From Azolla caroliniana (taxonomy: Eukaryota > Plantae > Polypodiophyta), in NCBI GenBank assembly GCA_043228905.1, contig JBHGNT010000007.1, forward strand, positions 3,844,001-3,908,000: a stretch of DNA of 64,000 nucleotides. Reading direction: 5' to 3'. A program made the position numbers and the translations under genes. A model generated the notes under the pieces. That model saw only the letters and a program-made list of their open reading frames with translations, was not told the origin of the DNA and ran no database searches. Positions 1-12,800 of this stretch are shown piece after piece. Position 1 is the stretch's first letter. Each line of letters opens with the position of its first letter.

Positions 1-80
1 CATCAACATACAACAAGATGCATACTGGACCGTCCAGACCTTGCTGGATGAACAACGAAGAGTCAGACTTGGAGGCCACT

Positions 81-1122
81 TGGTAAGCAAAACTGGAACC
101 GGAACTGGCAAGCAAACCGGCACTGGAACCGGCCGGCAAGCAAAACCGTAACCGTAACCGGCAAGCAAATCGGAACCGGAACCGGTCAGCAAGCAAAACC
201 GGAACCGGCCGGTAAGCAAAACCGGAACCGGAACCGGCAAGCAAATCGGAACCGGAATCGGCCGGCAAGCAAAACTGGAATCGGAACCGTCCGGCAAGCA
301 AAACCGGAACTGCAACCGGCAAGCAAAATGGAATTGGCCGGTGAGGGATTCAGCGATCGGGCGGAACCGGCTACCGGACGAGGTTGGACGCGGACGGACG
401 GAAGATTGGATCATGCAACAAACTAAAGTAAAGTGAAGAGAACTAAAGTAAAGGCCATGTGGATGCAAGCAACTAAAGTTGGAGTGCATACAAAAAGTAA
501 AGGTCATGTGGACGGTCACATGCAACTAAACAAAAAAGCCATGCAACTAAAAATAGATGCAACTAAAAGAAAAAGCTAAGCAACTAAAAGTAGAGGCCAT
601 GCAACAAAAAGTGGAAAGGCTATGATCAAGGGAGAACTCCATATATATTCGATTTTTTTTTCCTTCACGAGGACCCACTCTCCATATTATATTTCTTTTT
701 CTTTTCCTTCTCAACTCCCTTATCTTAGGTAAGCCATACCTCTCATAATTCCTAAATTCCCTACGGAAGCCATAACACTCAAAAACCCTAAAATTCCCTA
801 CAGAAGCCATAATACTCAAAAACCCTAATCTTCCCTACGGAAGCCATAATACTCATATAACCTAATCCTAATTTTCCCTACGGAAGCCATATCTACCAAA
901 ACCCCTAATTTTTCTTTTCTATTAATCTTAGTAAAGCTAAAACTTCTAAATCCCAATCTTGGGACATATTGTAATTTTTTTTTCCTTTGTTAATGAAAAT
1001 TATTAAATTTCTTCTTTCTGTTAATTGTTAAAAAATATAAACGCACGAATGTGATTATCTTCTGGTCGGAGGCCCCGGGGTCCTGCCTCAAGTTCACGTA
1101 TCCTCGTCGTATTTTCGCGACA
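81..1122 (+). mobile_element. 5'-truncated LTR of the TGTCG..CGACA gypsy group inserted in the copia, with adjacent host deletion
   Basis: Ends ...TTTTCGCGACA followed by CCGG and resumed copia integrase; carries the U5 motif GGCCCCGGGGTCCTGCC; about 1.1 kb of host copia between integrase and RT is missing; left end has no matching TSD. Confidence 0.6.
85..345. repeat. Degenerate tandem repeat of AAACCGGAACCGG(C)..CAAGC units (~20-30 bp)
   Basis: About 10 visible units. Further short repeats at ~420-620 (CAACTAAA) and ~750-895 (CCCTACGGAAGCCATAA) lie in the same LTR. Confidence 0.85.
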
Positions 1123-2042
1123 CCGGTACATGCACATATGCAATGCTACCGAATATCCGAAGGTGTCTCAAATTCGGCTTGCACCCAAAATACAGCTCAT
1201 GCACGGACACCTTGTCACCGATCTGGTTTTGATGCAGACGGTTGTCCGGATCGCCTCTGCCTAGTAGAAATGGGGCATGCTCTTATCTTCCAACATTGCC
1301 CTTGCCGCATCGAAGATCGATCGATTCTTCCTCTCGGCCACACCGTTTTGCTCCGGTGTGTACCTGCAACTGAATTCTCTCCGAATTCCTTTTTGCTGCA
1401 GATAACTGTTGAATTGGCCGGAAAAATATTCTTTTCTGCCATCCGACCGCAGGCACTTGATCTTCCTCTTCGTTTCCCGTTCAACCAGGCTTTGCAGGTT
1501 CCGAAAACACTCGAAGACTTCGCTCTTCCGCTGAATGAGGTAGATCCATGTGTGCCAGTTGTAGTCGTCGATGAAGGAGACGAAATATCGACTCCCGCCA
1601 AGACTCACGTTCTGTGTCGGTCCCCATACATCCGAATGAATAAGGTCGAGCTTGTTACGGCTACAACTTTGTTCAGTGGGGAATGGAAGCCGGTGTTTCT
1701 TCTCGAGTTGGCAGGCTTCACATATTTTGGCCTTCCGGCCACTGAACTTCGGTAAACTGAAAACAACTTGTTTCGTTTGCTGGTCTTGAAGCCTCCGATA
1801 ATTGACGTGGCTGATCCGCTTGTGCCAGAGATCAATATTTGATTCAATCTTCTATCCTTTGGTGAACAAAGCGGTGCAGATGTCATTGGTGTCGAGGATA
1901 AACATCCTCCTGTCTCTGCGCCCTTGCGCAATGATTTGCCCCTCTTCCTCGATGAAGCACTCGAGGTGCGTAAACCACACTTACATCCCTTGGTCGACAA
2001 TCTGTCCAACCGACACCAGGTTCTTCGTGATGGTCGGAGCGT

Positions 2043-2567
2043 TGTCGCGTTGTTACGCGCGTGTGTGTAGAAGGGGCGGGACCACGGGGGTCTTGGACTA
2101 GGGAGTAGAGGAGAAAGAATAAGATGTGAGAAATGGAAGCTTAACACCGGATGAGAAGATGAAGAGTAGCACGTAAGCAAAGACCAAAATAGATGGAAGC
2201 AAGATCCGCAACAAGATATATTAAAACGAACTATTGATTACAACGATGGTGGCCGCATGGACCGCACCAAAACTATGAGAAAACCCTAACCGGGGATGAA
2301 CAAGGAGACCCTAAACAAAACCCTAACCCTAAAACGGTAAGAACTCTACACTAAGTGATATACCTTTCATACGCGAATTAGGCAACCCCTCATAAGTGAC
2401 CCCTCCCTTCCTTTTATAGCCCAAGGAGGGAGGGACCTTACAATGTGGGATAAAATTCCCCTCTTCTTTCTACACACCATTTCCTAGTATACACGTGCAC
2501 ATGTTGCACATCACCGATTTGCCCATTCCACCCCGGTTTCACACTATAGCCGGAAATCTTCACGACA
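2043..2567 (-). mobile_element. Solo LTR (525 bp), gypsy TGTCG..CGACA group
   Basis: TGTCGCG...CACGACA termini; 4-bp TSD GCGT/ACGT interrupting copia VLHVPT codons; homologous to 58652-59293 in the opposite orientation. Confidence 0.88.
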
Positions 2568-3729
2568 ACGTGTAATACGTTCATCAGCTTCCCCTTCTGT
2601 CCGATGTGGCTCAAAGGGACTTCTCCGACATGCACGATTGGGTGTGGAGTGTCGTCTCCGGTTTCAACAACTCTTGGTTGTTCTGATTTCTCCACAAAAG
2701 AGAACCACTCTTTGTGGCTCGTCATGTGATTCGACGCACCAGAATCAACATACCACACTTCCTTTGACTTGGAAGTGGTCTTCTTCATCGAGTTAGCCTC
2801 GTGTTTCATCACCAGGGCTGGCCCTTTACCGGCTTTTTCGGTTTTGGATCCTTCCGATCCTTCTGCGTAGTGCGAGTATTGCCGGTTTTCTCTGCCAGCA
2901 TTGCCGGATCCGGATTTGTCCGAATCGGCGCATTTCTTCCAGCACTCGCTTTCTCTGCCTTCGGTCCTGCTCTTGTCGGTTGCTACCATTGCGAGCCGAC
3001 CCGCTTCGTCCACCATACCCACGGGGTCGATCTGCCTCTGTGTACAACATCCGGCTGTTGGTGGGTGCACTTGTTGACGCACCGGCGTGGTTCTCCTCTA
3101 CAAGGAGCGTCAACTGTAAGTCGAAAAATGACGGCGTATTCTCCCTCGTACAGACCGCCGTTCGGAAAGCTCCGAACTTAGACGCTAACCCGCCAAGATA
3201 AACCTGCACCATATCATCCTCCTCGACGTTCACGTTGACAGAGGTGAGTGAGTCACAGATTTCTTTAATCTTGGTGGTGTAGTCAGCCACCGACATATCT
3301 CGTTGTCATACATTGCTCAACTCTTGCTTGAGTTGAAGCTTCCTGGTTGTAGTGCTTGCGGTAAAGACCTTTTTCAGATTTCCCCAAGCTTCTTTGGGCA
3401 TCTTGGCGTCTCGGATATGGCTCAGCAAGTGGTCTCCGACACTGGACGCAAAGCAGTACATCACTCTGCTTGCCACTTGTTCCCACACAGGGAAGTCCTT
3501 GTGTGACGTATCAGGTGTTGTGTTGTTAGCTCCGTCGACATAGCTCAAGTAACCATGCCCAAGCAGGTACTGGTGCATCTTGTAAGACCAAGATGTGTAG
3601 TTGGTTTTGTCGAGCTTCTCCACCGAGAGTGAGCTAGCCATTCCTCTGTCCATTTTGTTTTTCCTGTTCTTTACAAAGGTTAGGTTTTCTTCTTGAGCTA
3701 GGTCGGCTGTTGAGGTTCCCAACCCTCAC

Positions 3730-4154
3730 GCTCTGATACCATGTAAAAGATTATGTGCAGAAGCAAGTGGAAAACCGAACACAGAAACACAGGTTTAATG
3801 GAAAGCTTTACAGTACGTGGGAGAGACAGAGAAAGAGCAGAACAAGTTAAATCTATTACTAGGCAATAATAGTTCTCTATACATAAACCGTGCTCAATAA
3901 CACTATTTATACAAGTCCTAAGAGGACTGACAGAAGTACTACGTACTTCAATGCTCATACGAGCGTCTGACACTAACTACGAGACTATTAACTACCTAGT
4001 AGTCTAGGCTACTACTAGGCTTTCGGTTACTGTTTGATCCAGCTAACCGGCTCCCTAGCTCACCGGCTCGCCGATCCGGCTTCATCCTTTTGGATGTCGA
4101 TTCGGCTCAAGCTTATTGAGCCGACCCGGATCCGGTTGAGCTTGCCGCTCAACA
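3730..4154 (-). repeat. Copia 5' LTR (3742-4154) plus tRNA-iMet PBS (3730-3741)
   Basis: TGT...ACA termini; similar to LTRs at 28653-29090, 41113-41500 and 52021-52404; GCTCTGATACCA on the plus strand abuts the LTR. Confidence 0.9.
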
Positions 4155-4980
4155 GAGTCGAAGAGCCATCCCTTGGTCCGTGGCTCTTGAAAGTATGTGT
4201 GGTGGCATTTTCTCTCTGAGAGTGAGAGGGATGCATACCCTCTTATTAGCCTATCTTTGGCTGCCTGGGTCATCGAGAATTTACTTGAGCGAGCACTAAA
4301 AGTGATTCCCAAGTATACATATGATCCAACTACCTCAACTAGTTTATGAGAGAGGATTAGGTGACATTTACTCCTAACCTGGGACGATGTATGAAAGATA
4401 AGGACTTTAGTTTTCGCTAGATTCACTACCAGTCCTTGTTGTGTACAAAAGTCATCTAGGGCACTAAGATGCTTTTGTAGGTCGTGTTCTGACTCCGAGA
4501 GCAAGACAATGTCGTCTATGTAGAGTAATAGACTAACTTGTGTATCCCCAAAAGCTACTCCCTTGCCTCCCTTACGAGCAACTAAATCAGTGATCTCATC
4601 ATTGTAGATCCCAAAAAGAGTCGGTGATAGGGGGCAACCCTGTTTTACACCAATGGTGCTAGGGAAACAATCGAATAGGCCACCTGGGCATCTTACGCAC
4701 CCAGAGACTACTTGCTCATATAGGGTATAAATGGCCTAGAGCATGTCATTTGGTATCTCCAAGCTCTTAAGTCTATCAAACAACTTCTCCCTAAGAACTA
4801 TGCAATGGCTTTGTGGAAGTCCACAAAGCAACAATATAGTTTCTTCTTTCGAGTCTTCGTCTGGTCAATTAAACACCTAAATGTGAATATATGGTCAATA
4901 GTGGAGAAGGCTCATCCAAGGCCAACCTGCTTAGGTGCTCGAACACTTAATGTTTCCATATAATTGATAAGCTCCGTTTT
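4155..4980 (-). pseudogene. LINE (non-LTR) reverse transcriptase fragment
   Basis: Minus-strand translation gives FSTIDHIFT..LYCCFVDFHKA, GVKQGCPLSPTLFGIY, LLLYIDDIVLL and VNLAKTKVL, which are typical LINE RT motifs; frameshifts and stops present. Confidence 0.9.
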
Positions 4981-5700
4981 TGTGAAGATCCGTCACTACG
5001 TGCGGATCGTGAGGCGGAACCACTGGGGTTCTGGACCGGAAGGATTCGAAGTTTGCACTAGCTTTAGCGAGAAAGTATTTAAGATAGATTGAAAGAGAGA
5101 GAGATTGAGATAAGATAGAATGCTTGACTTTAGATTGAGAGACAAGATTAATAGATCACAAAAATGGGAGTTGAGATTATATATGAAAATGTGCATGATG
5201 TGGAAGTTGATGCTAATGCAACTTTGTAGTATTACTGAATTGTCTTCAGAATATATATACAAGCCCACGAGGGTTTTATGGTGTTGTATTTCATTCCCCT
5301 AACCATCGAAGTGCATTGTTGGATAAACATCCTCCCATGAACATCAAAGTGCATCATTGGATAAACATTCCCATGTTCTTAGTGAATGTAATGCAATGAT
5401 CCCCTGCATAGTACGTAAAATTCGTGTTCGTCTAGCATAACATTCGTTTTCCTACGTTGGAAAATGAATGCGAATGTTATTCAAACATTCTTGTGTTTTT
5501 TTTCTTGTTTTTTTCCCATTTTTTTAATGTTTTTTCCATTTTTTAGGCTTATTTACCTCATAATAAATAGTTAATCCCAAAGTATGGTATTTATCATTCT
5601 TTGAGGGTGTTTTTCTTTCGGGAATTATTGAAACATTCTCGAATGCGAATGCACGTATGGTACATATGGTTCATACTATGATCCCCCGTACTGGATTATC
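4981..5700 (-). mobile_element. Probable solo-LTR-like insertion (right boundary uncertain)
   Basis: Abrupt junction with the LINE at TGTGAAG; the minus strand carries the ACCCCAGTGGTTCCGCC motif near that end; TSD not identified. Confidence 0.4.
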
Positions 5701-6570
5701 ATGCTTTGTTGAAGCAAAAATCCCTTGTTTGAGTAATAATGGATTCATTCATAAGAATTGAACCCATGACCTTATGGTACATAGATCAAGGCATTACCAT
5801 TAAGATAAATTTATTTTCATTTGCTATTTCACTTGGGTTCTAGAACTTTTCGGAATAATCTAAAAAATTCATAAATATTCTAGATACTTTGGAACATTCT
5901 AGAAACTTTAGGAATACTCTTGAAGGACCTATAAATAGAGGCATATTGTACTATTGACAACCAATTCGGTTTAACGTCGGTCTTAAGCCTCTAAAGTAAT
6001 CTTATCCTTGTACTCATTTTCTTATAATATACTTCCTTTTATCATACTTCTCTCCCTTTCCCTCACTCTCATGATTCTCTCACATTCTCTCTCTCCTCTC
6101 TGTCTGGGAATCCTGACCGTTTGAACCGAATTTGCCATCTTCTCATCCTTCAATCCTTAGTATTAATGGCCTCTATTAGTGTACAAGAACACCAATCCAT
6201 CCTTTCAGAGCTTCAATGCTTGAAAGAAAAATTTGTGCCACTAGAACAAGAAAATCAACGTCTTTTGGGTGATCTACAACAAATCATCATAGAAAAACAA
6301 CAACATGGGGAGTTGACATTATGAGTGCAATAGTTGGAAGCAACTATCATATCATTACAACAACAAGGAACGAGTACTCAAGGGATCCTTAAAGAACCCA
6401 ATATTAGTCTTCCATGAAGTTTGATGCAGTAGGGTCATAGTTTAGAGGGTTCCTCAACCAGGTAGGTTTAATAATTCAAATACATCCTTCTCAATATGCA
6501 ATCGATGCATTGCAAGTGGGGTTAGTAGGCACATTACTAAGTGGTACAACATTAGCTTGGTTTACCCCTT
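5700..6570 (+). mobile_element. Chromovirus-type Ty3/gypsy remnant: LTR 3' part, self-priming PBS and decayed gag
   Basis: TATAAATA at ~5930; AATTCGGTTTAA at ~5963 is complementary to GTTTGAACCGAATT at 6119-6132; gag-like KEPNISLP*KFD..FRGFLNQV..VGLVGTLLSG..LAWF at ~6390-6570. Left boundary approximate. Confidence 0.7.
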
Positions 6571-8654
6571 CAAATCATGTTTCGGAGAATCTGACACATA
6601 AAGTTCGAGACACTAATAGGATAGATTAAAGAAATTATACTCAAACGAAAAGTTCTTATATTTCAAAAAAATATTTCAGTTACAAATACAAAGTATTATA
6701 CAATTCAATCCATTAGGAGGTCTCGAAGAGGTTGCTCTCCAAGATCAGTTGGTAGTTGTGTCGTATCCACTTGTTCCGTCTGCTCAGCTGAATCTTGTGT
6801 TTGTTCAGACTCTGGTACATCTTCGAGGTCGACAAGGTTCCCTCCTTCTTTGTCTATAGGTTCCATTGGTTCTCTGGATGTCAACTAAAACATCTTCGTT
6901 TCATTGATATGCTTTGCCCCAACTATCACAATACAATGACATAAAATATATAGTTGGTGAGCATTGCACTTACAACCTCACATGAACAATACATCATGCT
7001 CAACCATCTTCATATGAGCATTGTATAAAATATATTTGATCGACATATCATTGTATAAGATGTACATGATCTCAGTATACTCTCTAGACATCTACAAAGT
7101 TCTAGAAAGTTCCAAGGTTCTACAATATTCTTCAAAATATTCTAATGCATGTACTTCAACTTACAATATAAATACTTGTAACCTTCTTGGTCCCTTTCGA
7201 GGGATTCAACACCAGTCATTGACACATCAATCTAGTATTCTTGTTTAGCCCCATATTCTCTCCTGGATTTACATCTTTGTCTTTATGCTCTTGTATTTGT
7301 TCGTAGTGTCGTAAGTTGTTCATCTCATCGCTCCCAACTTCCCGAGTTTCTAGCCTCATCACGTCGAGTTCCATGTTCGTAACCTTATCAGTCGTAGCCT
7401 TGTCATCGGTGCTTTGTCGTAGTTTAGCGTTGGTGTGTCCATGACAGTTTGAATCCCTTCCAACTAGATGCATCACCCATCTTCATCATCACCCTTGCTT
7501 CTAGAGTTACCATCGTCGCCGTCCTTGCTTCCATAGTTACCGTCATCAACATCCCTTCGTTTCCTATCTTCCTCACCATCTCTATCTCCTAGTTCCTTCT
7601 CATCGTTGTCTCTGTCTTTTAGTTTCTCCTCATCATCGTCTTTGTTTTTTAGTTTCTTCTCATCCTTCACATATCTATCTCCATGTTACTTATCATCATC
7701 ATCCCTATCTCTGCGTTTTTTGTCATTGTCATCCTTCTCCCTATGTTTCCTACCGGTTTCATCTTTATCTATGTGTTTCTTATCATCATCATCCCTATCT
7801 ATGTGTTTCTTATGATCTTCGTCCCTGTCACTATGTTTTCTATCATCCTCTATATCTCTGTCTTTGTGTTTCTTTTTATCCTCAACGTCTCGAACTCTGT
7901 GTTTCTTCTCCTCTTCATCTATGTCTCTATTTCCATCATTGCCATAGTTAGAATCATTGCTTCCACAGACGCTTCCTCAACATCATTGTCTTCATTGCTT
8001 CGTCTTTGACATCATCATCTTTAGCACCTCTTGGTGTCGTCATCAACACTACTTTGCCTAGCTTGACGCGAAATGTGCGGAATATTACTCGGCCACAACC
8101 GAGTCTCAGATCGTGTCGTTTATAATAGAACACTAAGAATGGGAATGGAGGTGAATACACGTACACACAATAAATATGAGAGAGAGTACACAGTATGTTA
8201 ACGTCGAAAACCCTAAATGGGAAAAACCACGCGAGTCCACAAACTCCAAACTATCACTATGTAAGGAGAATACAATAGGTGAACACAGAGGCAACAACCT
8301 CTTGCTCACAATCTTTGTCTGGCGATGGTTACCACAGAGAATAACTCTGTATCTCTCTCTCTCTCTCTCTTTGCTACACTCTGTACAGTAGTTACACAGA
8401 CAACACAAAGAATGACCTACCACCCACGTAAACCTGTTTGCCCTAAGTCATATTTATACTAATATGACTTTCGAGCTATTTACAAATATGTCCCTTCATT
8501 CGGTGAGAGGTTCTCATTGGGTCTGCAACATCCGACTCTTACTGGGTACTCGTCATCCGATTCTCACCAGGCCTTCATCATTCAGTTCTTGCTGGGCCTT
8601 CATCATCCCATCCCGAGGGACCGAAATCCTAACATAGCCTTGATTGACGTCAAG

Positions 8655-9880
8655 TGTTTGAATTCCCGGTGAGGACCGCACATGGTCGCTCATGCCCATT
8701 AGTGTTTCGATTCCCAATGAGGACTGTATAGGGTCTCTCACACCTGTTGGTGTTCGTGTCCCTAGTGAGGACCACACATGGTCGCTCATGTCCATTGGTG
8801 TTCGTGTCTTTGATGAGGACTGTACAGGGTCGCTCATGCCCATTGGTGTTCCAGTTCTTGGCGAGAACCGCACATGGTCGTTCACGCCCATTGGTGTTCC
8901 AATTCTCGATGAGGACTACACATGGTCGCTCACGTCTGTTGGTGTTCCAGTTCCTGGTGAGGACCGGACATGGTCGCTCACGCCCGATGGTGTTCAAGTT
9001 CCCGGTGAGTATCATACATGGTCTCTCACGCTTGTTGGTGTTCATGTTGTCGTGAAGATTCTGGGCCATAGGTGGAAACAATGTGAAACTTGTAAGAACA
9101 CTGGTGTGCACGAGTGAACACCCCTAGTGAATTAAATAGTGTAAGTACTAAGCATAGGTAGAAAGAGTTGTACTAGGTAGTTAAGGCATTAATAGGGATT
9201 CAGACATCGCGTAAGGAGGGAGAGTTACGAGGAGAGCGAATCAGGGGGAAGAATCTAGGAAGGGAAAGCGACAGGTCATGAATGCTCTGTAACGGTCGCT
9301 CCTTGTGCTATAAAAGGGGCGACCTTTGACTGTTTTAACGGAGGTCATTGAGAGAGGAGGTCATCGAGAGAGGAGAAAAGGAACAGAGAGGAGGGGAGAC
9401 GAGGAGTCCCACCCGACTCACTTCTTGATTCCTTGGTTCAAGCCCCTCGTGGTCCTACCCACCTTCTACACATCAGCGAGGATTTTCTCGACAATGTTCC
9501 CGGTGAGGACTGTACATGGCCTCTCATGCTCGTCGCTATTGCAGTGCCTGGTGAGGAGTGCACATGGTCACTCATGTCCGTTAGTGTTCGTGTCTCCTGT
9601 GAGGACCGCACATGGTCGCTCATGCCCGTTGGTGTTCCAGTTCTCGGTGAGGACCGCACATTGTCACTCATGCCCGTTGGTGTTCCAGTTCCCGGTGAGG
9701 ACCGTACATGGTCTCTCATGCTCGTTGGTGTTCCAATGCCCGGTGAGGACCGCACATGGTCACTCACATCCGTTAGTGTTCGTGTCTCCGGTGAGGACCG
9801 CACATGGTCGCTCACGCCCATTGGTGTTCCAATCTCCGGTGAGGACTGCACATGGTCGCTCATGCCGGTTGGTGTTCCAG
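8655..9880. repeat. 48-bp minisatellite (~16 units), split by a solo LTR
   Basis: Unit approximately GGTGAGGACCGCACATGGTCGCTCATGCCCGTTGGTGTTCCAGTTCCC; 16-aa periodicity (PGEDRTWSLMPVGVPV) in the overlapping ORFs. Confidence 0.92.
9048..9493 (+). mobile_element. Solo LTR (446 bp), gypsy TGTCG..CGACA group
   Basis: TGTCGTGAAGATT...CTCGACA; 4-bp TSD ATGT/ATGT; TATAAAAG box and CCCCTCGTGGTCC motif. Confidence 0.87.
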
Positions 9881-12800
9881 TCTTTATTTGATCTACATAT
9901 CATTGTATAAGATGTACATGATCTCGGTATACTCTCTAGACATCTACAAAGTTCTAGATAGTTCCAAGGTTCTACAATATTCTTCAAAATATTCTAATGC
10001 ATGTACTTCAACTTACAGTATAAATACTTGTAACCTTCTTGGTCCCTTTCAAGGGATTCAACACCAGTCATTGACACATCAATCTAGAATTCTTGTTTAG
10101 CCCCATCTTCTCTCCTTGATTTACATATTTGTCTTTATGCTCTTGTATTTGTTCGTAGCGTCGTAAGTTGTTCATCTCATCGCTCCCAACTTCCCGAGTT
10201 TCTAGCCTCATCACGTCGAGTTCCACGTTCATAACCTTATCGGTCGTAGCCTTGTCATTTGTGCTATGTCGTAGTTTAGCATTGGTGTGTCCGTGACACC
10301 AATCTCCTGGTCTTGGTTGGGACAATCCCAGATACCTTGGATCCTCATTTTAATAAAATTAACTTGGGAGGGTTCCTTCTCCAAGGCGACGCAATTCTTG
10401 AACCATTTGAGAGCACATGTAGTTGTTGTTCTTGAATAAACAATCATACATGCGTAAGTAAGAAAGCAAGACAAGAAATTCTATTTTATTTTAAGATAAA
10501 TTTATCACAGTTATGAGAATACTTGTGCTAGAGAATAAGTCGAGCACCCAATCATCAAGGTTGGGGAACAACTTGACTAATCGATTAATCAATCATTGGG
10601 GCTTTTGATATGTGTTTACTAAACAATTGTCGCTAGAAACGTGGTGCAACTTCTTCATTATTGCTAGGCACATGATATAATTTACGACGTTTCGCTTATT
10701 CACAGGTGCTCAAGGCTTCTTCTTAGAAAGTGCATCGTAGTACCCCACGCACAAATGCTCCACATTGCTCACCATTCGATCGCCTGGGGTACGAGTTATA
10801 TTCGTCTTAACCCTATTTGTAATGGAACGGAAACAAGTCAATATCTATATAGTAAGTGCAATAGAAGTCATATATTAAATATATAACAACTTAAAGCTAA
10901 CCAATGCGTGTGTTCGGTGGCATGGCATCTTGACTTTAGTGCAATAGTGACCAATAAAGCTTGACCCATACTATGAAATATTACTATTCGCCATAATGGA
11001 GCCAGGGTCAGGTCTACAAAGTCTTTCACCATCTGTTCTACTTGCGGATATTTATATGGCACATTGTCGTACGTGGACCCTGTTAGTCAAAATCCATATG
11101 GTATGTCTGCGACGAGCAATGTATAATGCCTCTTGGGTAACATGTCAAGCATATTACCCACATCACCATTATATACACTATAATACAGTTGTCAGAAAGG
11201 ATTAGCCTTGTGTAAAAAACCTTTTACTGTGTCCGAGTCTTCGGGCACCTCTAGCTCCTTTCCTTTCATCATTCGCTTTTTGTATTTTGCTCGTTCCAAA
11301 TGGGTGATGAATGCACTTGGAATGCCTTCATTACTATCACCCAATTTTTTGGAGCAAGGGTGTTTCTACAATTATAAGATATATAAGAAAATGCACATTA
11401 TCCTAATATCAACTATAGAACATATTAAACACACATACCCATTCTCTAAACATAATGAAAGATTCTTCAAGAGCCTTGTACGATAATGTTTTTGGGCAAG
11501 ACTACTCCACTTCTTCCCATGTAGGCAGGGACAACTTTTTCATCATCAACTCTTGTATCTTCATATAAACCTTATGGCTAAAAAACATTACACATAAAGG
11601 TTGGAATAAAGAGCAAATTTAATTAAGGAATCCAATAAAAAAAAATCATCACATAGATTACTCACTTTTGCAACTCTATGACCATTTCGTCCAAGCTAAA
11701 CTCCTTGGCGGCCACTCTTGATAATACAGATATTAATAAGCTGTCATCTTTTATCCCTTGCAATGACTGCCAAGGAAGCAACTTCATGTCCTCGGCTAGT
11801 TCCTCTATCACCAAGTCACTTTTACATGACTTAGACTTCATCTCCACTTGAGGGTCCAACTTAGACTTCTTTGATCGTTGACCCTTTATTTCTTTTCACT
11901 CCCACATATTGAATATTCGATCTTGGAGGTCTCACACCTCCCATGTTCTGAAAGCAAGTTGAAACCATGAGTCGTACTTTCTCAAGCTTTCAAACTTTGT
12001 GCTTTCGTCAGTTGCTATCTCTACTTCACGCAGACATTATCATCGCAATCCAAGATGCAACCTAGTACCAAAATTTTTGCAAAGTATCAAGGTACTCGTG
12101 ATGAAAGAACCTGATGTGCTCTATACATGACATCTTCTGTCTATAATCATTATCATTATTGTGGTCCCAGGCTAGCAACTTGGCTTCTTCATGTGTAAGT
12201 CCAACATACACGTTACATTCTGCATATTTGAAGAAGGGGGTAAGAGGATACTCCTTGACAAGTTGACGTCGGGCTTCAACAGAGTGGGATCCTCCAATTA
12301 TGTAGTATGTGTAATCATCTACCGAATTGTACTTGAAGTCTGCTACAATTGGGCACTAATTTGGGTCTACCATTACTAAGAATGGCATAACAGTAGCATG
12401 TGGATTGATCTTCATTTCACTTTTCAAATTTTGCACATGCACTGGATGCGACTCTCTTATCTCTAGAGCCCGTCATCCTGTTTTTGGATCAATTGGTGGC
12501 CTCTAAATAGAACAAATCAGTAAATGAAATAGTTGTCCCTTACGGACAAGCTTTGTCTTCACAATATTTTCTCGAATCCGATTTTGTTCGGAGGTGAGGA
12601 TTCCCGAGGCAATCTGGCCACCTGGAGGAATTACTTCAAGTTGTGTACCTTCCTCCTCATCTTCGACGAACTCAAGTACTTCGAGCTCGTCCTCCTCAGG
12701 TTACTGCCTTTTCTTGTATTGCTTGTGTTCTGATTTTTCTTTTCGGGCAGTCTTCGGTGGGGTGCTTACTTGTGCGACCATGAGTTCTCCTTTAATGTAC

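Larger units (their letters stand above)
1..4154 (-). mobile_element. Decayed Ty1/copia element (5' LTR, gag, protease, integrase, RT fragment), running off the window start
   Basis: Gag MDRGMASSL..KMHQYLLGHG (3306-3722), protease WYVDSGASNHM (~2720-2760), integrase SDG..QNGVAERKNR (1261-1608), RT KSDSSLFI..ILLYVD on the minus strand at 1-70; PBS TGGTATCAGAGC next to the LTR; frameshifts and stops present. Confidence 0.93.
6924..10298 (+). mobile_element. Non-autonomous LTR element (LTRs 6924-7446 and 5'-truncated ~9885-10298), probably self-priming
   Basis: Direct repeat ~7034-7446 vs ~9885-10298; termini T(A)TCAC...GTGACA; TSD CCAAC/CCAAT; removing it restores the host reading frame (QEIG|AKHINE); no recognisable pol inside. 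Confidence 0.8.

Noticed and set aside
2280-2335. AAACCCTAA motifs as interstitial telomere
   Set aside because: A few dispersed telo-box-like motifs inside an LTR, not a tandem array.
7460-8060. D/E/K-rich and hydrophobic ORFs (7473-7670, 7606-7815, 7683-8009)
   Set aside because: Low-complexity TCA/TCT-rich internal sequence of the LTR element; no domain evidence.
8655-9880. CRISPR-like array or repeat-protein gene
   Set aside because: Units are contiguous with no unique spacers and no cas genes; ORFs in many frames reflect stop-poor repeat composition.
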